A DNA stretch of 64,000 nt, from the NCBI GenBank assembly GCA_977862235.1, contig OZ374561.1, positions 930,001 through 994,000 of the forward strand. Reading direction: 5' to 3'. Numbering within the stretch: position 1 is the stretch's first letter; each line of letters starts with the position of its first letter. Under the pieces are notes generated by a model. It saw only the letters and a program-made list of their open reading frames with translations, ran no database searches and was not told the origin of the DNA. This DNA is from Dudresnaya verticillata (lineage: Eukaryota). Shown here in pieces: positions 1 to 10,896 of this stretch. The position numbers and the translations under genes are program-made.

Positions 1-3000
1 GAGGTGATGTTCCAGCTTTTCAACCAGAAAGAAGGTTCAAGGCCGAAGCAAACCTATCGGGGGGATTTCCGTGAGAATCTTAAAAGACCTGTCTGTGCTT
101 AGTTCTCAACATTACAGACTGGAACCTAGACCACGAATATTTTATGGATGTCGAAAGCCAGGCACATAACTCCCACGGGCAGAGAACTAGTGAGGCTGAA
201 ATTTCTCCAGTGACCGCATCGCTTGCTGTGATGAACGACTGGTCTGCAACGGGAAGAAGACACAGAAACTACGGGGAAGAGATGCCAAGCAGTTGGCGGC
301 GAAATATAGGTTCAATTGTTCTCCCCTCAATTCCGTCCTTACACATCCCCTGGCGGAGCCTACATGGCATTCTTGATCTCCATTGGACATGTACCTACAC
401 TGGGAGAATGCCAACTTCTTTTCAACCTGCTCGTGTTTCCGTGCAGCCCAAGTCTCTAATCCTCTGTCCGCTGGGTGCTCTTCGTCGCAAAGACTTTGTG
501 GGAGGCCACGCAGTTACTGGCACGATGTTAACTGGAGCGATATGGCTTTCCACGGATCATTTGCATCCTTCTTTCTTCTTTCTGCAGTCGACCTCTCTTC
601 ATTGTATGGAGCTTTGGAGAAACCGTGAAGAGATGCCAACTTCTCCAGGCAATCCCTGGCGCTGACACTGCAGGGAACTTTATGCGGTTTTGTTGTTCAT
701 ATAGAATCTGCAATAGCAAACGACGAGAGGTTTACAATCATTACTATTGATCTGTAGTGCTCTCCTATTGATTAAAGACTTGTTTTCACTTCTAGAGAGT
801 AAAAAATGCCTGGTTGATTAAAACGAGCATAAAGCTCGGGTCTGGACTGCTATTCTCAACTCGCCTTGGCAACTTTCGTCTCTCCAAGCTTAGATATCGT
901 ACCCAGATGAGGATGGCACTCGCGTCTCAAACGACATCGCCGTCTGGACAAGCTCATTATTACTAGAGTATCGAAGTAAACTACTATAACTAGTGCAGTG
1001 AGTTCTGGAAACATCTCCTGTCTTGGGTCTGCAAGATGTTTCTCATAATTTCTTCGGATAAGCAGAGGGAGCAGAAACATTTGAAGTTGTCGTATTCTTA
1101 GTGGTTGGTGCATCTTTCCTGCTCATACACAGAATCTTAGATATTCTAACCTTGTGACTATCGGAAATGACAGTTTGAAATGCAAAAGCTAAGAACTGAG
1201 AGCATAGTAATGAATTGAAACATTATTATCTGACTGTCTGTCTTTAGTCTAGAGGCAGTGTTGACATTATTTATACGGCGATGGGCATGTTAAGTCCTAG
1301 AATTTGGAACAGCAATATAGAGTATGAAAAGAGCCATATTGCTGATATCTTTTAAACCAACTGCACAGCCTTTCAAACGCAGTACAGACCTGTACGAGTC
1401 CATGAATGTCTGTCTAGCGAGAGAACAGAAGATTGTGAACTCGAAAAGTAAAACAAACGCCTTTTTCACTCTTCACCTCAGTTGTCCTCCCCCTCTCTCG
1501 CTATAGCACCGAGCCCTATCCTATTTAAAAGGGCACTTTCGCCTCGTTTGCGCGTAGTGGCTTCCTAACAAATAATCTACACGTTCGCCTGCCTCCGATA
1601 TTAGACAGCTGAAACAACCGATGTTCCGCTCCGGTTGCATTACGAGAGCAATTGGTAGGCGGCTTGACCTTGCCCCTCTCTTCGCCCGAGCTCTAATACA
1701 GTATCAAAATCTCTTCTACTTCAGAAAGGAATCCGGCAGTGCTTGGGCCAAGTACGTACGCGACGTGAACTTAGCAAATCTCCACAAGATTCTCGAAACA
1801 AGAGTATAATAAAAGACAAAGTGATGTGAGGTGAATTATTTCGCCCCATGTCGAGATTCGACAACTCATCACACTAGAAAGACCAGTTAAATTAATTGTC
1901 GCTCAACTTGAGCACTATCTACTCTCTTTCTGCGTGAGATAGCAGGCTGTTCAAGGAAATAGTTCCGCATCACGAGGATCATCCTAGCAAGGAGGGCGGG
2001 GCGATTCTGGCTGAAGCCGACGAAATGTGGAAGCACTCTGAAGCAGCCGGTGAATTTGAAAATACCCCTGATATCGAAGTTGAGATGATTCTAATACATT
2101 CCATATCTCTATATATCCCACTTTGCTAGGTTTCGAGATATTTTATGTCCTTGACTGAACAGGCGTGGCTGAATGACAAGAAGATCATACTGTGAGCTAA
2201 GGTAACACGGAAGTTTTACGTTTTCTGGGATGAAAAACGAGTAGTGGCTTTGGCTCGAGTTCAAAAGGGCCGGGGCTGCAAAACATGAAATTATAGAACT
2301 TGTAGCACTGGCAGTCAAGTTTACCAGACAATCACTGTGAGAGAGTGATGGAAACTGAGGATCGAGCTGCAGCGGTATTCAACTAGGTACCCCTTTCCGA
2401 TTCTAAAGGATTCACACAAGGTCGGTACCCCATTGTAGTACCTTTCCACGACCGAGTGAATCATTGAGCATGCTACTCGAACGCTCTTGAATTGACCTAA
2501 ACGGTCCATGATTCGCCCCAATCTTTCACCTTTTTCACACGATGTAGAAACTTTCTGTGTGCAGCGATAGCCGTCACTTTTCATACACTTCTGCGGAGCT
2601 TGAAAGATTGTGTTAGAAGGCATTCTGCGAGCGAACATCGATACAATGCCATTCAAGCCTCGGCGAATAGTATTGCGCACGAAGCAATATTTTACAGCTG
2701 TCGCAAATATCTGCCGACCAGTACCATGAATACGGGAAACATGCTTTGCGATGCACACACGTGCCCTGGTAGCGATCATGGAGCAAAAAAAACGGCCCAT
2801 GTTCTCTTCACATGCAACTTGGGGCCCGTTCCGCCCGTTGCTGATTATTGAACTCTCCTGAGACTACTGGCAACCACAAATACCAATTCTGCCCAGCCGG
2901 CTCAAAAAAGATTCTTGCGACATCCCTCGGCACCCTGTTGACCTTCCAACGAAGGATACCGTTTCAGAAGTACTTGACTGCTAAGGTCGTCCTGGTACTT

Positions 3001-4954
3001 GCAGTCAAAGCTGAAAACGAAGACAGGGTATCCATGGTCTGACAACCTGAATCTCACGATACAAAAGCCGGTCCCTTTGAAAAGAATAGGTGAATGCAGA
3101 ATATTCAATGTGTCCTACTTCCATCTCATTCACACAACAGGAACACAACCGGTTCTGAAAAGGGTGCAACATCTGCTTTCGTGCAAAATATCCTTCTGCG
3201 AACTGGTAGAGTTCTTACAATGGCTCTATTTTCGCTTCTGGCAGCCCTTCTTTCCTCACTCCAGAAGTATCTTCGAAGATGTACAGCCCTAGTTCTCTTG
3301 TCCACTTTCAACTACTATGCGAAAAGTTTTCAGGCTCAAGGTTCGACATATTTTGGAAGGATGTACTTCAACCTCGTCGTTGAGCTCGCCATATTTGCAT
3401 TTTGCTTCCTGGCGATCGTGCCACTTGCCGTTATGCTTGCCAATGCCTATGCTCGCAACTTTGGATTCGAGCAAAGTTTGGTGCGGCTAGAGACAGAGAC
3501 TTCATATATTTCTAGAGAGAAATACCTGTGTGCCTACACACACTGCAATGTTCCTGCACTACCTGCCGCTTCTCCATCATTACTTCATTCCAATCCCAAA
3601 TGCTAGCCAATTGGTCCGGAAAATGTTTGCTCCCTATGAAAGTCCGTATTTCTCATTCGGTAGGGCTAGGGGAGGGGGCTTAAACTGATAGTTCAGACAA
3701 GCAATCTGGGAGGAAAGAGTAATACCCGAGACATGGGCTGGATGACTTCGTCTCTTGCTTCACTTTTACACACAAATATCACCGCAAAAGCTCTTCTGCA
3801 GTCGGCCACCCAAACTGCTGCAAAGATCTACTGCTGTACATTGCCAATTGTTTGCGTCGTACGTTACCGTGAAAGTTTGTATATATCGGATCCTATTAAT
3901 CTTCAACTCTACGTTGGGTTGCATAGTGAAGAGTCCTTGGAGAACATTTCTGTGTCCAAGAAAACTTGCATAGGGCCACCTCCCGTACTGATTCGGATCG
4001 ATACCTTCCTCTATTGAAGATAATGAAATGAAAGTCTAGAACTGCTGTAGGAGGCATTTGACCCTTCCATTAGAAAATTCGCCAATAGCGCTGTATTAGA
4101 GAAAAGCCATAAAGAAGTGATACTGAAAGTGCTGTGTTGCTGCACTTGACAATTAGTACCACGAGTGGTTCAGGCCAGGACTTCGTTTTTCCTAAGGGTG
4201 TCCTTGCGATATTGTATCCAGTAATTGGTTCTGCAAAGCATGATATGTAGCCTGGGGAAGTCGGCGTCTATCAATCAGCTTGATTATAAAATCATTATGT
4301 ATGTAGAACATCGATCAAGTAGCATTGTTTTTGGAACCCAAAACGACTTCAACGGCAAGCAACGGACTTTCAACTGTTTTCATCGTTGAAGGATAACAAT
4401 GCAATAAATATCTTGCCCATAAGGCAAGTATTGTTGCGGTTATGAGCTTTTCCGGGGAAGAAGGTTGATTGCCTGCTACTCCACCAGGCTTGGACTTGTT
4501 CAGTAGGCAATCCGGCCGAAAGACGGAAGGGATTTGATCAAGCGTTGACAAGATATTTTAAGGCAATGCTGATTGTACAACGTGAGACGAGACGTGATCA
4601 TTTTGTTAACAGTTGCCTGGAAGTATGGACACCCCACGGACACCGAAAGCATACAAACAGGACCATGCAGTTGTCTACGTGTAACAATTTTTAATATCTG
4701 TGTTTTCCACCCTGTTGCGCAAGAAAGGGTTTAGGAACAGCAAGATAGGAGCATTTCCAAATCAACGAGATACAAAGAACGGAGTAGATTCTGCCGCGGA
4801 AAGAAGAAGAACAACAACATAAAGCAAAGCAAAGCCATTCGTTGTGCGTTGTATTTTCTCAGAGGTAGTGCCGATCGATATCAAGACAGGGCAGTCTTCT
4901 TCTCTCTGTGGTGAACAACATAAGAAATGCTGTTTGTGTTTTAATGCGGCTTCC

Positions 4955-5130
4955 TGTCAGGTGACGGCGGCAAGAATAGTTTGAGGTCGAGAAAGAGACG
5001 AACACAGTGAGTTGGCAATGCAAAGAAGGGCACACATGCATGGCTCGCACGGTAGAAGGCGAAAATATCCGTAGCGATGTGAATCCAGTTGTGGTTTGCA
5101 CAGTACAGCTCCTACTAGCATGCATTGACA
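4955..5130. mobile_element. Candidate short solo LTR or 5' LTR of a decayed LTR retrotransposon
   Basis: 176 bp bounded by inverted termini TGTCA...TGACA, flanked by CTTCC (4950-4954) and CTTCT (5131-5135), a 4/5 match consistent with an aged 5-bp TSD. A tRNA-Met PBS lies 17 nt downstream. Confidence 0.4.
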
Positions 5131-5147
5131 CTTCTGATCAGTTGATC

Positions 5148-5158
5148 TGGTATCAGAG
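5148..5158 (+). other. Primer-binding-site-like motif (initiator tRNA-Met) of a decayed LTR element
   Basis: TGGTATCAGAG matches 11 nt of the classical TGGTATCAGAGC PBS. It is followed by a GC-rich leader and an ATG at 5208 opening a ~123-codon ORF of unknown nature. Confidence 0.5.
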
Positions 5159-5692
5159 TTCATTCTACTTTCTTCCTCCGCTGCCTACACTCACCGTCAT
5201 CGCCGTTATGCCGGCGCCCGCACGCGGCGACGTTGTCGCTGGCGAGGCGGGTGCCGGTACCGCTCTACCTCATCGCTTACGGCGATTCGATTACCAACGC
5301 GACGCGCTCTCTGCAACAACTCCGGTGTCTGCTCTGTTTCGAGTGCCTTCCCTCGCCCCCGTCGCCCCCGGCGCACGGGCCGAACCGGGAATGGCGAGCA
5401 AAGAAGGAGCCCGGACATGCTTGGCGCAGCGCGACTTGCCAGACCCTGCCGCACCCAACCCACTCCGTTGCTTGACTTCGGAAAACGAGGGGTCCCCGCA
5501 AGCCAAGCTGCTCCGCCGGCCGATGGAGAAGTCAAGAGTCCGCCCGCCGCCGTCGTCGTATGCTGCTGTAATGCGATAGAGGTGTCTACAGTCGAAGTTT
5601 TTCAAGCGACGTGTACCAATGGCAACAGTGGTACGTGCCGTGGAATTTTCTTCGAAAATTCTCAAGGGTCTCAGGTAGGTCCTTGTGTCGAC

Positions 5693-5743
5693 GGGGCGAC
5701 TTAGCGCCCTTCGAACCCTACCATAAAGTTCCCCCATCTCTCT
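5693..5743 (+). repeat. Short dispersed repeat, copy 1 of 3
   Basis: GGGGCGACTTAGCGCCCTTCGAACCCTACCATAAAGTTCCCCCATCTCTCT; reverse-complement copies at 20509-20548 and 31131-31199. Confidence 0.85.
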
Positions 5744-6614
5744 TGACACTTCTGGACGGTACGACCGAGAAGTAGGATTTGGGCACAACAGTCAAGATGC
5801 GAACGAGCACAAGGTCTGCGCTAAGTTTGTCACTCTCTGGCTAGTCTCAGTCTGAATGGGGTCGGACTTGTAAAGGGGCGGCTTTTTTTCTTCTCAAGAC
5901 GAGGCCACGAATAGACGGCGCAGTGCGAGGTGCAGACGCGGAGGAACGATAACAGCGGTGGTGCGCTCAACAGCGCAGCGCGCAAGAGGTGGTGACACGG
6001 GCAGACAGGACTGCACTTGTCGGGGGGGCTTCCCGGGCACTGTAGGGCAACAGGTCGATGCTGCGCGCAAGCATCTACGACCTGCTATTCTCTGAATGAT
6101 GATGGGCGAGAATTATTTATGGAGCTCAGCGCTGCGAGAAGGGCGAGGGCGTTGAAGCCATTCACAAGGCGATTCGCCGGACGGAAATGAACACCAGGGT
6201 GACAGAAGTGGGACGCAGTTTGTAGGAGACGTGCATAGCAGTGCGACGGCGTTGCGTGCGACGCGCAAGGCAGAGGAAAGCAGGCGGGAGGGTAGGCGGG
6301 AGCGCAGGCGGGAGCGCGGCCGAGATTGGAGCTCTGTGGGCTGGAATTTCCGAGTCGGAAACATAGGTGCGTGCGCCTGTGGAAGGCGCGGTGTCCGACA
6401 GACATCACACGGCGTCGCGCGCTGACAATGCCAAAGTGATCCGAATGCTTTTCCGTGGTAAAAGCACTTGCACCCGGGCCGGTGCACGTCCACGGCTGCG
6501 TCTACCTCGTGCAGCCTCCCTCTTCTCCCGCAACGCGCCCGAGCAGCCGCGACAACGACAAGAACAGCCCCGCCGTCCGCGCGTCCCGCACCGGTTGTCC
6601 AACCCGCCGCCGCC

Positions 6615-7201
6615 ATGTGCAACGCGGCGCTGCCGCCAGGCATCTCCTCGGTACGTCCGCTTCCGCCCGCGCGCGCCGCTCGCGCGGCCTTCTCGGCCGT
6701 TCCCGCCGCCGCTAACACGCCTCCGCCGCGCGCGCCGTGCGACCCGCGCCGCGACCCGCGCACGACGCGCAGGGCACCGCGCAGCTGATAATCATCATCA
6801 ACATCCTGTTCCCAGGCGTGGGCACCATGCTCGCGTCCGTCGTCGGCTCGGGGTGCCACTGCGACACGTTCCTGATCGGGCTGCTGCAGCTGGCCACGGT
6901 GCCGATCGGATGGGTGTGGGCGCTGTGCTGGGGGCTCAACCTGCGCAAGCAAGCCGTGGCGCGCGAGACGGTAGGCGGCGGCGGCGACATCGAGGCGGCC
7001 GCCGCTGCCGTGCCTGCGGCCAAGCCGCAGCGCAAGACGAAGAAGAAGGTGCAGGCGCACCACCACGCCACGCCCGCCGGATACCCGCGCGACGGCGACC
7101 GCCACACCGGCGCGACCGCGGGCGCGCCGCCGCCCGCGCCCGCGTACGCGGCGCCGCCCGCGTACGTGCCGCCGCCGCCGCCTGCGTACCACGTGCGGTA
7201 G
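6615..7201 (+). CDS. Spec3/Stum-family small membrane protein with Pro/Ala-rich tail; predicted join(6615..6650,6773..7201)
   Basis: The motif IINILFPGVGTMLAS...GLLQLATVPIGWVWALCWG resembles Spec3/Stum. Intron 6651-6772 has a GTACGT donor, GCTAAC branch point (6711-6716) and CAG acceptor; the phase-0 join is in frame. High GC3. Confidence 0.8.
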
Positions 7202-7654
7202 GCGCGGAGTGTACAGGTGCGGGCGTGGCTCGTCGCGCCTCGTCCTGCCTCGGGCGCCTTGTCATAGTCTCCGTACTCGTGACGCGTTGTAAAGCTCTTG
7301 CGCCGATGCGTTTGGTCAGCGTCCACCCGGACGGCTCAATGCCGCGCCCAGTCTCTCCTCAAGTTATCTTCACCTTCTGGGTCTCGGGGTAAACGTCGGT
7401 TCTGACGAGAACAAGACTCATAGCTTCAGGTAGAGTGTTTGTCAAAGTGAGCTTTTCAACGTGTACACTTGTACGGGCAATATTTATTAAACATTCATGT
7501 TTTTTCAAACCCCGAGTATCCTACGTACGACAGCACTGACAACAACGACAGCGTTGACAGCGTTTACACCACTAAATGGATCTGCTGGACGGCAGGCCCT
7601 TTTTTATGGCCCGGCATGGACTGTTTGGTCTTCATTCTGTCTATTCGTGCTGAA

Positions 7655-7841
7655 GCGAGCCACGTGGCGCACGCCCATCTTTCCCCTTCCTCACCACCCA
7701 CACAGATTCCGCTCGTGCCTCGCATGTACCCTTCAATTGATTCAATTGATTCAATTGAAGGGTACAGTACATGCGAGGCACGAGCGGAATCTGTGTGGGT
7801 GGTGAGGAAGGGGAAAGATGGGCGTGCGCCACGTGGCTCGC
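7655..7841. repeat. Perfect foldback: 75-bp inverted arms around a palindromic core
   Basis: 7655-7729 is the exact reverse complement of 7767-7841. The core 7725-7766 is TGTACCC-(TTCAATTGA)x3-AGGGTACA. Confidence 0.95.
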
Positions 7842-7913
7842 GGCGCGTTGCGGCTGTCGCAGGTGCCTCTGCTTGAAGCGGCGACGAGCAAGCGATGCTG
7901 ATATAGCGCTGCC

Positions 7914-8356
7914 TGTGGAAAAACTGAAGCAGACTGACTGCTGAGGGTGCCAGATTGGCGCTTAGATGCGACACAGTTTTATCTACGTCGCAATAAATCT
8001 ACTTAGTCTTTATTTACTTTTGCTACAGTAAACTATTTTATAGTGGATAGGTCGTACATTTAGAGACTAGAGCTAGTCTTTTTCTGAAGATAGAGTTAGT
8101 CTTTTATTTAGTAGACTAACGCTGCAAAACTAGCTCTAAGATTGCGGTTTTACCTGCCGAAGTCTTGGCTAGCAAGCGCTCCGGCAGAGTATAAAGGGCC
8201 TCCCTCGCCGGCCAACTCGGCGAGGAAAGGACACATTATCAACTCAAACCACCACCCCAAAGCCACTACTTGACATTTCTTTATTTACCGTCAACCGCTG
8301 TACGCATCGTGTGTATTTTTCCCGTTTTTGCTTACAGCCGCGCCGGTTCTGCCACA
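7914..8356 (+). repeat. 5' LTR
   Basis: Identical by eye to 14170-14612; TG...CA ends. Confidence 0.97.
8190..8225 (+). promoter_or_regulatory. LTR TATA box followed by a GC-rich hairpin
   Basis: TATAAA at 8190-8195; CCTCGCCG (8203-8210) pairs with CGGCGAGG (8218-8225). Confidence 0.55.
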
Positions 8357-8365
8357 TTGATCAAT
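8356..8365 (+). other. Palindromic site replacing the tRNA PBS
   Basis: ATTGATCAAT is a perfect 10-bp palindrome that includes the last A of the LTR. No TGG-starting PBS follows the LTR. Confidence 0.8.
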
Positions 8366-8385
8366 TACGCTCTACCGCCGCCGTT

Positions 8386-9123
8386 ATGCCGCTACGAAGC
8401 ATCCTAAGTAAGTTTTTCATTTAATTTTTGCCTGGGTCTTTGCTCTTGCAAGTGGTAAATTCTCTTTGCTCGATTTGGTGTGCCTGAAGTGCTATAATCC
8501 CAAATTAAGTCACTGACGATTTGCCATTTATTTTTGAACCAATCCTAACTTGGCTTGCAACAGTTCCGACCACAGCCGCCTCGACACCTGTCTTGGCGGC
8601 GGGCATCGTTGCCTCCGGCGGCGCGGCCAATCTACGGGCCCCCGTTGCGACTGTAAGTGCTACCGTTACAGTCCCGGAGTGCAACGAAATTAAAAGTGCC
8701 GCCGTGCGCACTATACGGGCCAACGCCGTATCTAAGGGGCTATCTACGTCGACGACGCCGCCGCCTTCGTCGCACGCACTACCGCCTGTGTCGCGCAAGC
8801 CTGCCGTCGCCGCGCCGCGTCCCGCACAGCTACAGCGGTTGAACCGGCGCAAGGCGAAAGTCCTGGCCGACAAGATAAATAAGGCCGCCAAGAAAACGCG
8901 TCAGGCACCGCGCGCGAAGCGTTTCTGCAAGCTGTGCAAGATTTCTTGCAACGGGCCGAAACCGTGGCGCGACCATATCGAGTCACGTGCCCATATTCAA
9001 GCACGCGATAATCGGCGCGAGCTACCGCGCTGTAAGCCGTGCCACCGCACATTCGAGTCTCACGGACACCTGTCCCGCCACTTGAACAGTAAGGGCCACC
9101 TCGACGTAATTTCGAAACTCTAG
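8386..9123 (+). CDS. Retrotransposon accessory protein with two matrin/JAZ-type C2H2 zinc fingers; predicted join(8386..8407,8564..9123), 193 aa
   Basis: Fingers CKLC-X12-H-X5-H (8926-8994) and CKPC-X12-H-X5-H (9031-9099) follow a basic stretch. The ORF has no ATG of its own, but a GTAAGT donor (8408), CTAAC branch (8545-8549) and CAG acceptor (8563) join ATG 8386 to it in frame (A+TT=Ile). Confidence 0.8.
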
Positions 9124-9213
9124 ATTCTTTTGATAAAATTTGTTGCTTTCAAAAGAATTGTCTCAACTTAACAAAAGTTTCGAAATACCGTACACGTGCA
9201 AACCCGACCTGTA

Positions 9214-10896
9214 ATGGCGGACTCGGAGGATACCACCGTGCCACCTCAAGGGCTACCCGCCCACGGTAACCAAGGTGCTCCCGTCAGCTCCCCAAACGAG
9301 TTGGAGGAAACCGACTCAGAGGCATCTTCCTTGCATACTACCGTACCGTTTGCAGAAAATATCCGCCTTCACACCGTTGCACAGAAGACTTTTGTTGATG
9401 TCATCCGCACGTATCAGGAATGCAATGTGACTGGTTCAGACTTCCTTGACATGCTTCGGGAAGACTATCCACCTTCTTTACTATTCGATGTTGCTATTGC
9501 ATGTAATTTTGCTTTGATGAGAAGACTTGCCCTATTCTTACCAAGTAAGGTTGGTGTACCGTATGCTCCACATGAGTCGGGATATGTTCCCAACCGGTTA
9601 GCTGTATCAATCTATGAAGGTCCCTATCTTGCTTCAGCATACCGTCATATCAGGAGCATGGTTTTGTCTCTCGGTAGTATCAACAGATCTGATTCGAGTA
9701 TCGGTTCGTCATCTCGCGACTCTGTTCCCAGAAGTCATGGCAGTAAATCTGAACGCCCGGAACGACACCTAGCACTAAAAACTGAGGATGGTAACGAAGA
9801 CTCGGATCAGCCATCTGGTGCTACTATAGGTGCTCGGTCACCGGCTCACAACATGGCCGTTCGCTTCAAGGATGATTCCAAGAAGTTCTCTGGTGCTTTA
9901 GGAGAATGCTGGAAGGAATACTTGGAGGACTATGTTGATGCCGCTACTGACTACGAGTTGACCGAAAAACAGAAGCTGCAGTATCTTCCCAATATCCTTA
10001 AGGCTAGTGCTAAAAGGTACTTTAACCGCAAAGTTAAGCACTCAGCTCACTCCTTCACAGCTGCAGATGATATGATGGAAGCGTATTTCAACTCCATCTC
10101 TCGACAGCATCGTATCGAGAATCATCTCAATATGCTCCGCATCGAGAAGTTCCTTTCAGGGACAGTTAACCTCAGTGATGCATTGGAGAAAGTCGATGAG
10201 CATATCTCAACGCTCGCTCCACAAGGCCCAATGCACTGTCGTGCTGAAGCTAACATGGTCGTCTACCTTCGTCGAGCAGTCATTGGACACTCGTGGGCTA
10301 AGGAACCAATCAGCCGTGCTTCAGCTGAAAGGCTGACTTACCAAGAGTTCTTCTCTCAACTCGAATCGGCTATTCAGCAGAACAGAGAGGAGAAATCTCA
10401 TAGGGCTCAGATGAATCCCCGCAGCCGTTTTATCGGGGCTTCGCAGCCTGACTTTCCTAACACTCTACTTGCTAGATACGGAAGAGACAAGACTGTGGCT
10501 TTTGCCAGAGGTAATAGTAAGCCGGTCTCTGCCCAATCAAGCAATATCGTGTGTTTCAATTGCGGAAAGAACCACATAATTAGAGATTGTAAGGAAGTCA
10601 TGGACGCAGCAGCAATTGCCGCACGAAAAGTTCAGTTTTATCAGAGGAAGAAGTTCGGAAATAATCAGAACAAAGCTTTGAAGCGAGTTTTGTTTGAAGT
10701 TTGCGAACAACTGAAACCTGAGCCTGAGATTGAGGATGCCGACACATTCTTCAACGTCAGTGAAGAAGTAGAAGAGGAGATTCAAGACCAAGGTTCGGAA
10801 GATGAAAGAGAGTCGGAAGACGAAGAAGAAGAAGACTCTATCGAACAGTTCTATCAGTCCATTGAGAGTTCCATTCCCAATGGGTTGGATTTTTAG
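9214..10896 (+). CDS. gag: Gag (560 aa)
   Basis: Long ORF inside the LTR element; capsid-like region (KFSGALGECWKEYLEDY...); zinc knuckle CFNCGKNHIIRDC; acidic C-terminus. Confidence 0.88.
   Translation: MADSEDTTVPPQGLPAHGNQGAPVSSPNELEETDSEASSLHTTVPFAENIRLHTVAQKTFVDVIRTYQECNVTGSDFLDMLREDYPPSLLFDVAIACNFALMRRLALFLPSKVGVPYAPHESGYVPNRLAVSIYEGPYLASAYRHIRSMVLSLGSINRSDSSIGSSSRDSVPRSHGSKSERPERHLALKTEDGNEDSDQPSGATIGARSPAHNMAVRFKDDSKKFSGALGECWKEYLEDYVDAATDYELTEKQKLQYLPNILKASAKRYFNRKVKHSAHSFTAADDMMEAYFNSISRQHRIENHLNMLRIEKFLSGTVNLSDALEKVDEHISTLAPQGPMHCRAEANMVVYLRRAVIGHSWAKEPISRASAERLTYQEFFSQLESAIQQNREEKSHRAQMNPRSRFIGASQPDFPNTLLARYGRDKTVAFARGNSKPVSAQSSNIVCFNCGKNHIIRDCKEVMDAAAIAARKVQFYQRKKFGNNQNKALKRVLFEVCEQLKPEPEIEDADTFFNVSEEVEEEIQDQGSEDERESEDEEEEDSIEQFYQSIESSIPNGLDF

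Noticed and set aside
1..4500. Short ORFs and coding-like patches (e.g. 1621 onward, 2321-2800, 3094-3606)
   Set aside because: No recognisable motif; probably decayed genes or TEs, but not assignable by eye.
6085..7392. Several long overlapping ORFs (359, 341, 204 aa)
   Set aside because: Arg/Ala-rich shadows of the very GC-rich Spec3/Stum-like gene.
7469..7974. ORFs on both strands sharing the peptide AHAHLSPSSPPTQIPLVPRMY
   Set aside because: Artefact of the perfect inverted repeat.
8521..8563. TTG start of the 200-aa ORF given in the track
   Set aside because: A non-ATG start is unlikely in a eukaryote; the segment is better explained as the 3' end of an intron.
9121..9213. Readthrough fusion of the zinc-finger ORF to gag (same frame)
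   Set aside because: Two in-frame stops (TAG 9121, TAA 9169) intervene.
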